DNA of 64,000 nt from Mytilus trossulus (lineage: Eukaryota), in NCBI RefSeq assembly GCF_036588685.1, contig NC_086383.1:6510001-6574000 (forward strand), given 5' to 3'. The notes beneath the pieces were generated by a model. That model was not told the DNA's origin. It made no database searches and saw only the letters and a list, made by a program, of their open reading frames with translations. The first letter of the stretch is position 1; every line of letters begins with the position of its first letter. Of this stretch, positions 1-13,163 are shown piece after piece. Made by a program: the position numbers and the translations under genes.

Positions 1-266
1 GTATATTAGTTTACTAAACAAATGTTTGACATCTTCAAAGATTATTGTAAAGATGATAGTATCTTACATGGCATGAAAATACGGATTTTTTGTGTTATTA
101 AAATTTGCTGTTACAAAATGATAGAAATTATTATAAATTAAGGAATGTATCTCCCTCGTGCAAAGCTCTGATTTCTTTCACGGATTTGGCTATACTTTTT
201 GGACCTTTTGGATTATAGCTCTTCATCTTTTATATAAGCTTTGGATTTCAAATATTTTGGCCACGA

Positions 267-310
267 GCATCACTGAAGAGACATGTATTGTCGAAATGCG
301 CATCTGGTGC
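267..310 (+). ncRNA. Minimal type I hammerhead ribozyme, copy 1 (predicted cleavage after C304)
   Basis: GCAUCA-CUGAAGA-GACA(uguau)UGUC-GAAA-U(GCGC)A-UC/UGGUGC: CUGANGA and GAAA core, 4-bp stem II, 2-bp stem III with palindromic loop, AUC triplet, 6-bp stem I GCAUCA:UGGUGC. Confidence 0.92.
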
Positions 311-617
311 AAGAAAATTAGTACCGTTAATTTTATTTACTACCACTGGGTCGATGCCTCTGCTGGTGGACTTTTAGTCCCCGAGGGTATCACCAGCCCA
401 GTAGCCAGTACTTCGGTACTGGCATGAAAATACGGATTTTTTGTGTTATTAAAATTTGCTCTTACAAAATGATAGAAATTATTATAAATTAAGGAATGTA
501 TCTCCCTCGTGCAAAGCTCTGATTTCTTTCACGGATTTGGCTATACTTTTTGGACCTTTTGGATTATAGCTCTTCATCTTTTAAATAAGCTTTGGATTTC
601 AAATATTTTGGCCTCGA

Positions 618-661
618 GCATCACTGAAGAGACATGTATTGTCGAAATGCGCATCTGGTGC
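618..661 (+). ncRNA. Minimal type I hammerhead ribozyme, copy 2 (cleavage after 655)
   Basis: Identical to 267-310. Confidence 0.92.
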
Positions 662-968
662 AAGAAAATTAGTACCGTTAATTTTATTTACTACCACTGG
701 GTCGATGCCTCTGCTGGTGGACTATTAGTCCCCGAGGGTATCACCAGCCCAGTAGCAAGTACTTCGGTACTGGCATGAAAATACGGATTTTTTGTGTTAT
801 TAAAATTTGCTGTTACAAAATGATAGAAATTATTATAAATTAAGGAATGTATCTCCCTCGTGCAAAGCTCTGATTTCTTTCACGGATTTGGCTATACTTT
901 TTGGACCTTTTGGATTATAGCTCTTCATCTTTTATATAAGCTTTGGATTTCAAATATTTTGGCCACGA

Positions 969-1012
969 GCATCACTGAAGAGACATGTATTGTCGAAATG
1001 CGCATCTGGTGC
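969..1012 (+). ncRNA. Minimal type I hammerhead ribozyme, copy 3 (cleavage after 1006)
   Basis: Identical to 267-310. Confidence 0.92.
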
Positions 1013-1319
1013 AAGAAAATTAGTACCGTTAATTTTATTTACTACCACTGGGTCGATGCCTCTGCTGGTGGACTATTAGTCCCCGAGGGTATCACCAGCC
1101 CAGTAGCCAGTACTTCGGTACTGGCATGAAAATACGGATTTTTTGTGTTATTAAAATTTGCTGTTACAAAATGATAGAAATTATTATAAATTAAGGAATG
1201 TATTTCCCTCGTGCAAAGCTCTGATTTCTTTCACGGATTTGGCTATACTTTTTGGACCTTTTGGATTATAGCTCTTCATCTTCAATATAAGCTTTGGATT
1301 TCAAATATTTTGGCCACGA

Positions 1320-1363
1320 GCATCACTGAAGAGACATGTATTGTCGAAATGCGCATCTGGTGC
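1320..1363 (+). ncRNA. Minimal type I hammerhead ribozyme, copy 4 (cleavage after 1357)
   Basis: Identical to 267-310. Confidence 0.92.
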
Positions 1364-2177
1364 AAGAAAATTAGTACCGTTAATTTTATTTACCTTTTCT
1401 TAACATTATCAAATTACTTTTTTTTGTCACTTTGGTTTACGATATAATGCGATTTCCAATGAGACAACTCTGTAATGTGTACTGTTTACTGCTGTACCCC
1501 TAATTTTGACAAATATATCAATCATGTATGTGTGTTTGTTTACAAATCGCTTTCAATTGAATGGAATTTAATGCGACTGTATTACAAGTAAGAAGTTATG
1601 CTTGCTATAAAGTTCAATCCACCATTTGCTAAATGAAAAACTATGTTGTCTTTACCAAGTCAGGGATATGACAGTTGTTATCCACTCATTTTATGTTTTT
1701 GAACTTTTGATTGTGCCATTTTATTAGGGACTTTCCGTTTTAAATTTTTCTTTGAGTTCAATATTTTCATGACATTGATTTATTTTTGGAAATGTTTAAC
1801 TAGTGATATTATCTTAATTTGTATCCTAATAAGTTTGATAATTGTAAATTGCTGAGTTTTATCAATGCAACTTCTTTTAATTTGTTCATAGTCCTGATCA
1901 CAGCTTTTATACTGCTCCTATTGAAAATTGTTTAAAATATGGATAGACTGAGTGCAGTACTTTTACAGCAGTAATCCGAAACAATTGTGTTTCCGTAGAC
2001 AACAAAATCATCATTAATTACATATTTGTCTAGTCTTCTAAATGTCAACTACTTTAGTCATTATTATACTATATTCGCAGGCAATAGAATTCTTGGCAAT
2101 GTTTTCACCACGGATTTCTCTATTAAAGTACAAGCTATTGAAAGGTTTGTCAAATACAAAATCTGGCAAGTTATATA

Positions 2178-2385
2178 CTGTGAATTCATTATTATTCGTT
2201 GGATATAAATTTTCGTGGATTTCGTGGGAACAGGTTAACCACGAAATTAAATGTTCATCGAATAGCAAATTTTCTATAGGCTGGTATGCAGATTTCACCA
2301 AAACCACGAAATTAAATATCCATGAACATGTAAGATTTCCTTAATCCACGAAAATTGGTACCCATGAAAATAAATGAATCCACAG
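2178..2385. mobile_element. MITE with terminal inverted repeats and TA flanks
   Basis: TA|CTGTGAATTCATT ... AATGAATCCACAG|TA; internal repeated ccacgaaa/tttcgtgg motifs in both orientations. Confidence 0.8.
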
Positions 2386-3574
2386 TAATGGTATTACATT
2401 TTAACATTGTATAAATCAGAACTGATAAACTTGATGAAGTAAAGTTTATTTAAAAAATATAAGAATACTTGGTATAATTGACAATTGAACAACACTCCAC
2501 GGGTTACCAAATGACACATAGAAGTTACAAAAATAGAAATCATTTAAGGCCATCAATGAGCAAAACGTCAGTGAATGGGTCCGAAATAACAAAATGTGTA
2601 ATATGTATATGGACTATAATTGTCTGATTTATAAACAAAGCAATAAAACAAAAAAACAAATAATTGAATCAGCAACAAATAACAACAGCTACATTAATGG
2701 CTCCTTACTTAGGACATGTATTAGTATATTGTTTTTAATTTCCGCCAGATTATGTTGCAAACATTTTTTTTTAAATATCAAGACTACGTAATGTCTGCAA
2801 GCTATCTGTGTGAATTCTCAATGCATAAAGGAATATCGAGACACGGAAATACCAGTCACCTATAAATGTTTGCAAGAAATCTACTTTGTGTTGCAACGTC
2901 AAACCTCATGTCTAGTTATTTTGTTCATTAGAACGTACTTTATATATCGTAATGGTTACTGATCCTACTCACCTAAACATGGAATTGAATATAGTTTAAG
3001 GTGCATATACGTCGGTTTATAAATGGGATTTAACTCGTGTAGGTACAATATAGAATATCTAAAGGGGTAGAACTAATAGTTCCTGCATACTATGCTCTAA
3101 AATATTGTGTTGATAACAAGTACATTAAGTATTAGATGCTCTAGGACACAAAGGGACCTCTGAAAGAATATGCAACACATCAAGAGAAGCGCTTATCATT
3201 AAGAGCTCTAGAAACCACAAATAAAGTATAAGGTCACCGAACCTTTGCCTAAAGACTATACAGCTCAAGAGGAATATAATTTATGAACACTTTGTAAGGT
3301 ATTTGTTTGCTTGTAATAGTATCAGATAAGGAAAATATGTTGTTTACACAAGCATTGCTATGTTTAGACGTCATAACAATGAAAGGTTGAAATTATAGTG
3401 TTGTGACACAATATAACTTCTTCGGAAAAACACTATCTTTTCACAACAACATTTGTTTAGTCTCTTTTTTCGGCCTAGATATGAGTATACTGAAGGCAAC
3501 TCCTTCAGTTAGGAAAATCGCCAATAACAAAAACATCTGTACGAGGTCAGAAACTTATGTTCAGTGGTTATGAA

Positions 3575-4028
3575 AAAGAAGATGTTGTATGATTACACAT
3601 GAGACAACTATCCACAAAAGACCAAAATGACACAAACATTAACAACTATCGGTCACCGTTTGGCCTTCAACAATGAGCAAAGTTCATACCGCATAGTCAG
3701 CTATAAAAGGCACCGATAAGGCAATGTAAAACAATTCAAACAAGAAAACTAACGGCCTTATTTATGTAAATAAAATGAACGAAAAACAAATAGTTAACAC
3801 ATAAACAAACGACAACCACTGAATTACAGGCTCCTGACTTGGGACAGGCACATACATAAATAAAGTGGCGGTGTTAAACATGTTAGCGGGATCCCAACCC
3901 TCCCCTAACCTGGGACAGTGGTATAACAGTACAATTTAAGAAGGAACTATAAAAATAAGTTGAAAAAGGCCTAACTCATCTGATAGACAAAAAATACAAG
4001 TGGATGTGGCTGGGTACTTATACATCCG
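3575..4028 (+). repeat. Interspersed repeat family member (gagacaact...cctgacttgggacaggc)
   Basis: Shares blocks with diverged copies at about 1455-1790, 2460-2720, 6200-6590 (inverted), 7690-7910, 8445-8725, 9745-10005, 37200-37915 and 41660-41822. Boundaries approximate; class not determined. Confidence 0.7.
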
Positions 4029-6199
4029 TTGTCTTTTATTGAAGTGTTTCTCTTCTCTCATTTTGATAAGACCATTGCTTTTACCAGTTTAATGGTTCGA
4101 TGTTAGCCGAGGCTTCGTTTGGAAACCGGTTCACTTTTACAATTTGTAACTTGAATGAAGAGTTGTATCATTAGCACCCAATACCCTTTCTCGTAAATAT
4201 AAAATTTAGCAACCGGTACTGTATACATGTTGCAATGTTGTCAATTTATATGGAATAAACACAGTTCAATTGTCGTGTAACTTGTTGATTTTCATCTTAA
4301 AATATATTACTAGCATCTTATCTCTGAGTTGACAGAAAAGCTTAAACTTCATGTTAAATTAAACCCATTATAGAGATAATAAAACTATTCTGCCTAAACA
4401 AAACTGATGTAGCAGTACACATAGTAAACGTGCATCAGGGCATCCAATTTAATGTTTCAGTTTGTTGTAGAGCAGGCGAACTGACCATGTTTACCAAATG
4501 CAATTAACTTATATATAGTACAAGCATCATGTATGCATGCAACGTGATACATGCATCCATATAAACAGAAGTAACGCACAATACAGATTAAACGACAACC
4601 ATTGTGTAAACGACGTAACCAAAGGGTAGACGTTCACGACATCCATCAGACGCCATATGAATTATCTAGGGTAAAGATAAATACCAGAAACATATATAAC
4701 ATTACACATTCTCTTGTGTTGACTTGAGTTATAATTAATACACGTATGTTCATAATTATAAACTTACCGAAAACAAAACTTTAATTCTTTAAAAATAAAT
4801 CTCAACCTCCTCGTGTTTTATACAATTGATATATTTTTTTAAAATGCCATTCAGTCACTGTAAATAAACTACATATCCTGTATCAACTCTATGGAAGACA
4901 ATTTACCAAAAGTTGACAAATGGGTATATCTTTTTTTATATATATATTTCTATATATTCAAATAAATAAATGCATGTGCACTAGTTCCTTCCTTGTAACT
5001 ATGTTTATAAAATACTTAATGGCTTAATTTAATGACAATATCTTGACATTTAGAACTATCTCAATTTGTATTGACAAACTGATTCACATAAAATGTGTTA
5101 TCATTACAATTGTCTAATGCTTTTATCTTCACAAATACAACTGTTAGGAGTGTCGGAAGTCATCAATCAAATAGAGTTCATCGGATGTCTGAGGTTCATT
5201 AAGTTTTTAATAGTGAGCCTCTTATATGTCACAGCATAATATATTCTTGTCTTTCGTTTGTGTTAATGTGCTTTTTTTACAGGGCTTTTTTGGTTGTCTT
5301 TTGTTTTACATAAGTGCTTCTTTTCGGAGTGATTCAGGTTTTAAATGAATGTTAACTGTTGTACCTCTATTTTTAACATGTTTGCAATGTACCATTTTTC
5401 AATCAATCACTTATTATTGTTTCAAGTCATACATTTACACGTTCTATAACAACTATAGTGCATTGATATATATTCGATCATAACAGACCTTTTTTTCTAT
5501 TTTATTTCTTTGATGCCTGCTTTGTTCTTCAATAATTTGTATACATCTGTAAGGTCTTATATAATTCGATCTTCCTGGTAATTAATACAAATACAATTTT
5601 GTTACCTAGCTTAGCAATAGGTTTTTATTTAATGATCTTAAACTAATTTCTTCTTTGCCCTACACACCTTGTAATAAAAATAATCTATGAACACCACAGG
5701 CCTATTTATAATAAGAAAGTGAGTGATGTTTGCGTAAAGTTTAAGTGAGGTATGTCTTATTCCAATCTTCTTGCTTGTTTATAATGAAATAGAATTAGAA
5801 TTAGCGCTACAGTTTGATGTTGCATTATCAAAACTTTAACTTGCAGGATACTTTTTAAATATTTGTCAAATGTAAGAATCTTATGTATCATTCGTTTAGT
5901 GTTTTGATATATCAAGTTGAAGTTTGTGAACAATTGTTGCATTTACCGTACATGCACCTATTGTATGTTGTTTTACTTTACACGAATAATTTTCATCAAT
6001 CTTTTCTTGACTACTACGGAAGCAAATACTTTTACTTTTACGTCTTGAACTTTATGAGGCTGAAATGTAGCGTTTTTGACTACTTCTGCTACATATTTTG
6101 GCTTGCCTTTCCGATTCAAAAATATAATTTTAATATTCAATGTAAATCAAAACTTATATTCAGATATCGCAGATCAAATTTATTCGTTCATTGTGTAAT

Positions 6200-6590
6200 C
6201 ATACGTTTTTTGATTGAGTTAAGTCTGCCAATTGATATTTTATCGTGTGTTTTTCTAAGTTGTGATATTATGCTATTGTTTCAGAAAAAGGGAGAAGGTT
6301 TGGATCCACTGAAACGTTTAATCCCGCTTCAAATGTTTGCACCTGTCCTAAGTCAGGAATCTGATGTACATAGTTGTCGTTTGTTTTTGTAATATATACG
6401 TTTTTCTCGTTTTGTTTATATAGATTAGACCGTTGGTTATCCCGTTTGAATGGTTTTACACTAGTAATTTTGGGGCCATTTGTAGCTTGTTGTTCGGTGT
6501 GAGCCAAGGCTCCGTGTTGAATTTTCAAATTGTTACTTGGATGGAGAGTTGTCTCATTGGCACTCACACCACATCTTCCTATTTCTATTA
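6200..6590 (-). repeat. Inverted copy of the same interspersed repeat family
   Basis: cctgtcctaagtcagg and gagagttgtctcattggc match the reverse complement of blocks in 3575-4028. Confidence 0.65.
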
Positions 6591-9500
6591 TAAGTTCTGC
6601 AATGTTAATCCTTAAAATAAGGTACATGTATATTACAGTTCTTAATAAAAGTCCTATTGAACTTAGCTTGGTATATTTTATCCGTATCGCCCATAGACGG
6701 TATTGATTTTAAGAAACAGAAGCTATCATATCAGTATTTTGGTAAAACAGAAGCTATTATATCAATATGTCAAATAGCATACCGGAAAAAATGGATTCGT
6801 TAACAAATATTGTGCAATTTAAAATGAATTTGAGCATATTTAATGTTTAAGACTTATCATTGTTAAGGCGCACTTTTCAGTAATGATTTTTGTCACAGTT
6901 TAATTTGTTTTCGTTTGGTGGTTCTTTCTTCATCTAAAAAATCAAAATCAGGTCTGAAAATATTTTGTTGTACATTAAAATTTCTCAATGACTTTAACAA
7001 TGATTTCCCAAACATTAAATGTGTTGTTTATATTACTATTGTAATAAACGGAAGTTATTGCTGTGCTTTTTGAAGATCATGTATAACTTATTATGTTGAA
7101 TATTGGTGTAAAGCGAATTTTGAATTGATATAATTGCAGAATGACACAACATCTGCAAGGTCTCTCAAGTATTGTTACGGACAACAATTTGGTTGACATA
7201 AAAATAATTTCCTTGGTCAATGTGCTAGAGATTTTCCGTTGTTGGAATAGATATTTAAAAAATTAGTATATCCAATACACACAGCGAAAGGTCTCGGGTT
7301 TGGTGTTTCTTGAAGTATGCAATGTGGCATGAAAGGACTTATGATTGTTATGCGAATCTCATCTTTATACGTTTTTTCGTACATAGAATTACCGGAAGTT
7401 TTCATGTGTCACCATTTTTATGTGACAGACATATTAAATGGTCTAACAGACAACTACACCACTGTTTAAAGCTTTGTCAGCAACACTCCGTTAGCAGTCG
7501 TCTGTGTCCATGGGTAGATTTCTCGAGACAAACGTCAAAAAAGGAACAAAAGACAAAGCACAGTTACAGAATATGAAACATTTGTTGAAATGGCATTTCA
7601 GATTTAAGCTGTCACAGTCTATGATTAAAACTGTGATAAAAAGTGTAATTCAAAATACTAATCTCTTAAATGAATGAAAAAAGTGTTGACTGCTGTACCT
7701 GTACTTCTGACATATTCACCTATCATGTCTGTTTGTTTTGTTCCCAGACCGGTTTCAGTTCAATGAGATTTAATAAGACTGTTATACAAGTCAAAGGTTC
7801 GGCTTGCTATAAAACCAGGTTCAATCAATCATTTTGGCAGAAGAAAATGCCTGCTCCAAGTCCGGAATAAGACAATTGTTTTTCATCATTTGACGTGTTT
7901 GAGCTTTTTGGTAGCAGCAATAAACAGTTACGAAAGAAATATTAGAATTTTCCCTTATAAACTTTACCATCCCCTTTTCATTGCTTTCTTATATTTATGT
8001 AATCAGAATCTTCAATAAATTCTATATCCAGTATATAAACTGGTAAAATATAATTTCGTTAGGGTGTTTCCATGGCATCAGTCTGCATTTTTTTTTTTAT
8101 AGAATATTGCAAAAAGGGGGTAAACGGTGTCACATGTTTCCCCCAAAATTTGGCTAAAAGAAGAATTTCAATCGTTTGAAGTAAAACCTTTTTTTTCTGA
8201 AACTGTGTACAGATATCATTCAGCAAATTCAATAAAAAATAAATATGTCTTTCATCTCATTTTTTTGTATAATTGCATAAAAAACTTCGGGTAAAAAAAA
8301 AGTTTTTGTAAACATTACATTAATTTCTGGATAAATGGACCGAGCATCAGACAAAATCCCACGAGAATAACAAATATAACATAAAAACCAAAAACATGAA
8401 TTCGGGATAGACAAGTACCGTGACACGTCGTCTTATTGCAATGTGAATTTACACTAAAAAATAAGAGAAAACAAACGACGCAACGTTAAAATGTAGCACA
8501 CACAGAAACGAACTATAATATAACAATGGCCATATTTCTGACTTGGTACAGGATATTTTTAAAGAGAAATGTTGGGTTGAACCTGGTTGTGTGGAATGCC
8601 AGAACTCGCACTTTCATCGCGGTGTTAAATATAACATCAAAATGACAACACAACACCACAGGACTATAATATAAATAAATTGGAGAACACAATTGACAAA
8701 GAATCACACGAACAACAGCCAACCAGGACATCCCTATTATTTAGAATGATTTATATACTGAACGACACTAGAAACGCAACACTAGATTATGTTTGTGTTA
8801 TTTTTGAATGAATGTGTCAACGTCAAAAGCGATGACTGCCTGTTGCAAACGCCAAAATGATTGTCAAAAAGGTCAACAAATTCTGGATGATATTTTTTGG
8901 GTTCTGTTTTACACCTTCTGAATTTGCATTTGTTCAACCCATTAATTGGTTTTGGCAATTAGGCGGTTGGAACTTGAGGGCTTTACAGGTTTTCCTTCAG
9001 TCAATTCTTTGGCAATGCAGTTAATGGGAATCATTTATGGCATGAATCTGTACTCAATGGCACTCGGCAAATTGGGTAAGCAGTTGACGTTGCGGCCGTA
9101 AACATGTCTGGAAAATGACGTTTCATAATCAAATTCTGTTGATTTTTCATTGTCACTACACGTTGATCTGTTTATTGATGGCCAGCAACAAATCGTGTCT
9201 ACTTGTATCATTGTCGGAAGGACATTCAGACGAGTTTCTGAAGTCATACGGTATGGTTGCAGCACATTTATGTTTTCTTGTTTGCAGTATTATTTGGAGC
9301 TAACTCAGTTTCTTTTAATTCTATTTCTCAGTCTTGGAAAAATGGAGATGCAACATTTAAAAAAAATTTAAGTAAGGCAAAAAGTTGACATAACTGTTTA
9401 ACAGAGCAAAAAAGCTGAATTAATCTTTCATGGGACCAACATTTCGCTATAAGAAATTCGTGCGACTTCAAAAGTTCGGTATGTTCAATAACAACATGTT

Positions 9501-12071
9501 AGTCCAATTTTGATAAGCATGAACAGAAGTTATTAGAGAATCAAAAAAGATTTGTTAAAAAAAAATCAACAAAATGAGTGTTGCGTTTCTAAAGTCGTTC
9601 AGTATATTTGGAAAAGCACCATTATGATACAACAACAAATGTCTGTTTATTTTCGAACTATATGTGAGTGTTATATATTTTTTTTATGTAATTCCGTCAT
9701 GAGGAGAAAATCGCCAATACACAAGCGCATCTGTTCTTAGCCCGGAACATGATGTCAGTGGTTGTCGATTGTTGATGTTGTACATAAATGTATTTTTTTT
9801 TTTTTTTATTTAAATTGTACCATGAGTTTTCCCGTTTGAATTGTTTTACACTAGTCCTTTTTTGGATCCTTTCCAGCTTGTTGTTTGATATGAGCAAAGG
9901 CTTCGTTCTGAAACAGTAGTTTAACCTCTATTGGTTTACATTTCACAAATTTTGACTTAGATTGAGAGTTGTATTATTGGCACACAAATCACATCTTTGT
10001 ATATCTAAATACAGGCAACCTGTAGTTTACTCATATTGTCAATATATTTTGAATATTCACACTAGTTTGAAAAGAAGCCCTGAGTTAAAATTATTGCGTA
10101 ACCTACAGTCGTACTGACATATCATGGTCATCGTTTCAGCTGATTTAGATTGCACAATTCCACTGCAACTGAACAGTTTGATTTATATCTTCAGATATAA
10201 TACCAGCACCTTATTTGATTGACTGACAAGCTGGAACTTAGTATTGGAACCAAACACATAATAGAGATTATACCATTTGCATACTTCAAATGAAAACTGA
10301 TGTGCCTTAAAACAAACTGCTGAAGCATTACACATGCACCACATGAAACTAAATGATTCAGTTTTCTAAAGAGCAGTCAAGCAGACCATGTTCACATGCA
10401 GTTATCCAAAATTTATCACAAACTCAAATTCAACTAGCTAATTTGAAACATTTAATCTCACAACAAAAAGTGTTAAACAAGTATCTAAATAATGTACACA
10501 CATGTAATTGCATACTATATAATAAACTATTTGCTAACATGCAGTTTACATTGAACAAAAGGTATAAAGCAACATTATAACAGAAAATAAAAATACAAAT
10601 AACTTCTAATCTAAATGTTCAATATCATATTTGTTGATTTGTTGTGTTTGACAAAGGAACTGTTCGTAACGTGTGCGAAGAATTTATAATATATCATCAT
10701 TTTATGGATAATGATGAAACTAGGACCTATGAAAGAAATATTAATCCTTTATACATTCCAACTACACCAACAAAGAAAAATACTCGAAGTAAGCAAAAAG
10801 TGAAAGAATGCATTACCTTCTGAGGCTTAATTATTAGTTAAATGTTTGAGTAAAATATTATTTGTTTATGTAACGGGTTCCAAACAACGCGTTTGCTAAT
10901 TTCTCATGTATGTAAAAGGTGTATTCCGATACATGAAGTGCAAACTCAAGTTACCGCCAGGATTCTATTCTATTTCTATTGTAATTGACAGCATGTTCAT
11001 GACATTTAACACAAATTCTCCTGTGAGTTATTCTGAGCCAAAAGACTCTGATCTCTGAAAGCAATAAGTGTCTTTCTTTTTCTGTATATTTTCTAAAGTT
11101 GTATATGTTGTACTCCATTTAAGCATAGGACGCGAGATCGATATGTGCGCAAAAAGACATAACAGAAAATACCAAAGAAACAAAAGCACGGCAAAACAAA
11201 AATTATGTACCCAAACAACAGAACGTGTTGTTATGTAAAGAATGAATCAAATATTCAACTCAGAAATGTTCAGGAATACAACTGGCTGAAAATAAAGAGT
11301 GAACAACGCAAACAACATCTAACACCAGGAGGAACTCACTCTTACAAAGGCTAGTTGAACATTTTTGGAACAACTAATTTTCGATAAAATTGGAAAAGTT
11401 CAAATAAATGTATCATTTCAGCTTTGTTAAATCCCACAAGTACAACCAGAATAAACTCAAAACAAGCTTTTTCTAAGATGATATTATCGTAATTGTTAGA
11501 AAACTTATCAAATAGCACCATAGCAACTTTTTATGGTGTTGATACATTCGTGTGACGCAAACTGCATTATTCTACTTATCTGTGTGTGTGTACTGTCTTT
11601 CTTTCTTTTAAGTGTTCGTTGATATTCTATGTTTTCATATCGTAATGTACTATTATTTATTTTCTTTTTTTCTATTTTAGTTTTTCTGAATTCTGAGTGT
11701 TCTGAGTATTAATGTACACTATATCTCGGTCACGTAATGTTTTCATTGCTTTTCTCTACATGTTCGGTACGACGTCAAGGGGCTGTTGTCATAACATAGT
11801 TCGTTTCTCTGTATTTTGCAATAGCCTTTGTTTTCGTTGCTCTTGTGACTAGAATATGATTTTAAATGTCTGGTAGTCTTTCAGTTAATCAATTATTGTG
11901 TTATCCTTTGGAATGTAACTCACATGTAATTTGCTATAATCAGTTGATTGATCATTAACGAATCCAATATTATTTGGGTATTAACATGATAAAATAACTA
12001 AATATAAGTATTCCCCATATACTATTAGTCATTGAAACAGCTAATTGTACACCTTTATTAAACTGTGAAAT

Positions 12072-13163
12072 TTAAGGAATCCACGATTGTGGAGTTGTTG
12101 CTGTAGAGTTAGGGAGGGAGCATTTGTGATAACTTTGATAAACTTTACTTCTATATGTAAATAACATTTTGAGTTCTTTCCGGAAGTATGCACCTGTAAT
12201 ACTGTACAGGAAAAAGTTAATGCAATAATTCATAAAAAATATTGTCTTTGTAAAATTCAACAAGTTTTGATTTGTTGGTACGAATACACTATCCTCCATT
12301 CTCATCGAACTCATCTGTAGAAAATGTTTGAACCATATAATGGCATATGGCGTGTTGAAAGCGATGAAGCAAAATGATATAGTTATCAAAATAACGGTAA
12401 ATTCTAATCGAATTATACTTTCCTCTGTTATAATTTTGACCTGTCGGTGTCTTTTGTTCCGAATTATTAACTTCCGAATGATCAATGTATTTAGTATTGT
12501 TATAATTAGAAATGGCAGAAATGTGATACACACTCCAAAAATACAGTCATAGATAAATGACAGGTACGTGTGCTCCAATCGTCTGGTGCATGATGGGACA
12601 TCATTTGGACCAACATATCTCACTTCACTTAGCCATGGTCGGAATGAAGCTATCACAAATGAGGTTATAACCGCAAAGAAAACGATTCGTTTTGAAGAAC
12701 GTAGGTTACAGACGTCCTTGCGCTTTAACGGGTGACAAACTCCAACATATCGTTCTAATGTGAAACATGCTACAAGCCAAGCTGAAAGGAAACGGAAAGA
12801 ATACGACATGAACATTATTATCTGACATACTCCATTACTTTCCAAAAAAGGAGCTGTTACCTGTCCGGAACCGATTGGTATTCCTTTTCTAATCCACTCA
12901 ACAAGGACATAAAATATCAATGCCATGATATCAGCTGTTGATAGTGCTGCAAGATATACACTTGCAGATAACTTCCTCATGTTTTTAGTTAGAAACACTA
13001 ATAAGGAAATTGTATTCCCGGTAATTCCTACAGCAAATATCACTGGGGTGACATATGTGAATACATCTGATCCAATTGACCCCTGGCCTGAGATGTGATT
13101 ATTTGTCCACTGGTCATCACATGTTGACCCATTTCCACATGATAAATATTTGGATTGGTTTAT
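12072..13163 (-). CDS. Class A (rhodopsin-like) peptide GPCR, FMRFamide/sex-peptide-receptor-like; main coding exon with all 7 TM helices
   Basis: GITGN (TM1), LSTAD (TM2), C...FTLERYVGVCHP (TM3), CFIAFNTPY (TM6), NYCINFFLY (TM7), N-terminal N-glycosylation sites NQS/NGS. Splice acceptor ttttttatttcag|ATA at 13164/13163, phase 0; the first 16 aa of the ORF-track call are probably intronic. Confidence 0.93.
   Translation of the reverse strand: MNQSKYLSCGNGSTCDDQWTNNHISGQGSIGSDVFTYVTPVIFAVGITGNTISLLVFLTKNMRKLSASVYLAALSTADIMALIFYVLVEWIRKGIPIGSGQVTAPFLESNGVCQIIMFMSYSFRFLSAWLVACFTLERYVGVCHPLKRKDVCNLRSSKRIVFFAVITSFVIASFRPWLSEVRYVGPNDVPSCTRRLEHTYLSFIYDCIFGVCITFLPFLIITILNTLIIRKLIIRNKRHRQVKIITEESIIRLEFTVILITISFCFIAFNTPYAIIWFKHFLQMSSMRMEDSVFVPTNQNLLNFTKTIFFMNYCINFFLYSITGAYFRKELKMLFTYRSKVYQSYHKCSLPNSTATTPQSWIP

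Larger units (their letters stand above)
69..1393 (+). repeat. Tandem array of a 351-bp unit (~3.8 copies, near identical); hammerhead-containing non-LTR retrozyme array
   Basis: Exact 351-bp periodicity (tggcatgaaaatacgg at 69, 420, 771, 1122) with only a few substitutions between units; each unit contains a hammerhead core. Confidence 0.95.

Noticed and set aside
158-1447. Four repeated 78-89 aa ORFs in the tandem array
   Set aside because: GTG starts, no recognisable domain; they are a by-product of the repeat unit, which is better explained as a ribozyme-bearing non-coding RNA.
2760-3500. Possible decayed coding sequence; similar impression at ~8800-9500 and ~16600-17300
   Set aside because: Multiple stops and no motif I can identify; would need tBLASTx/HMM evidence.
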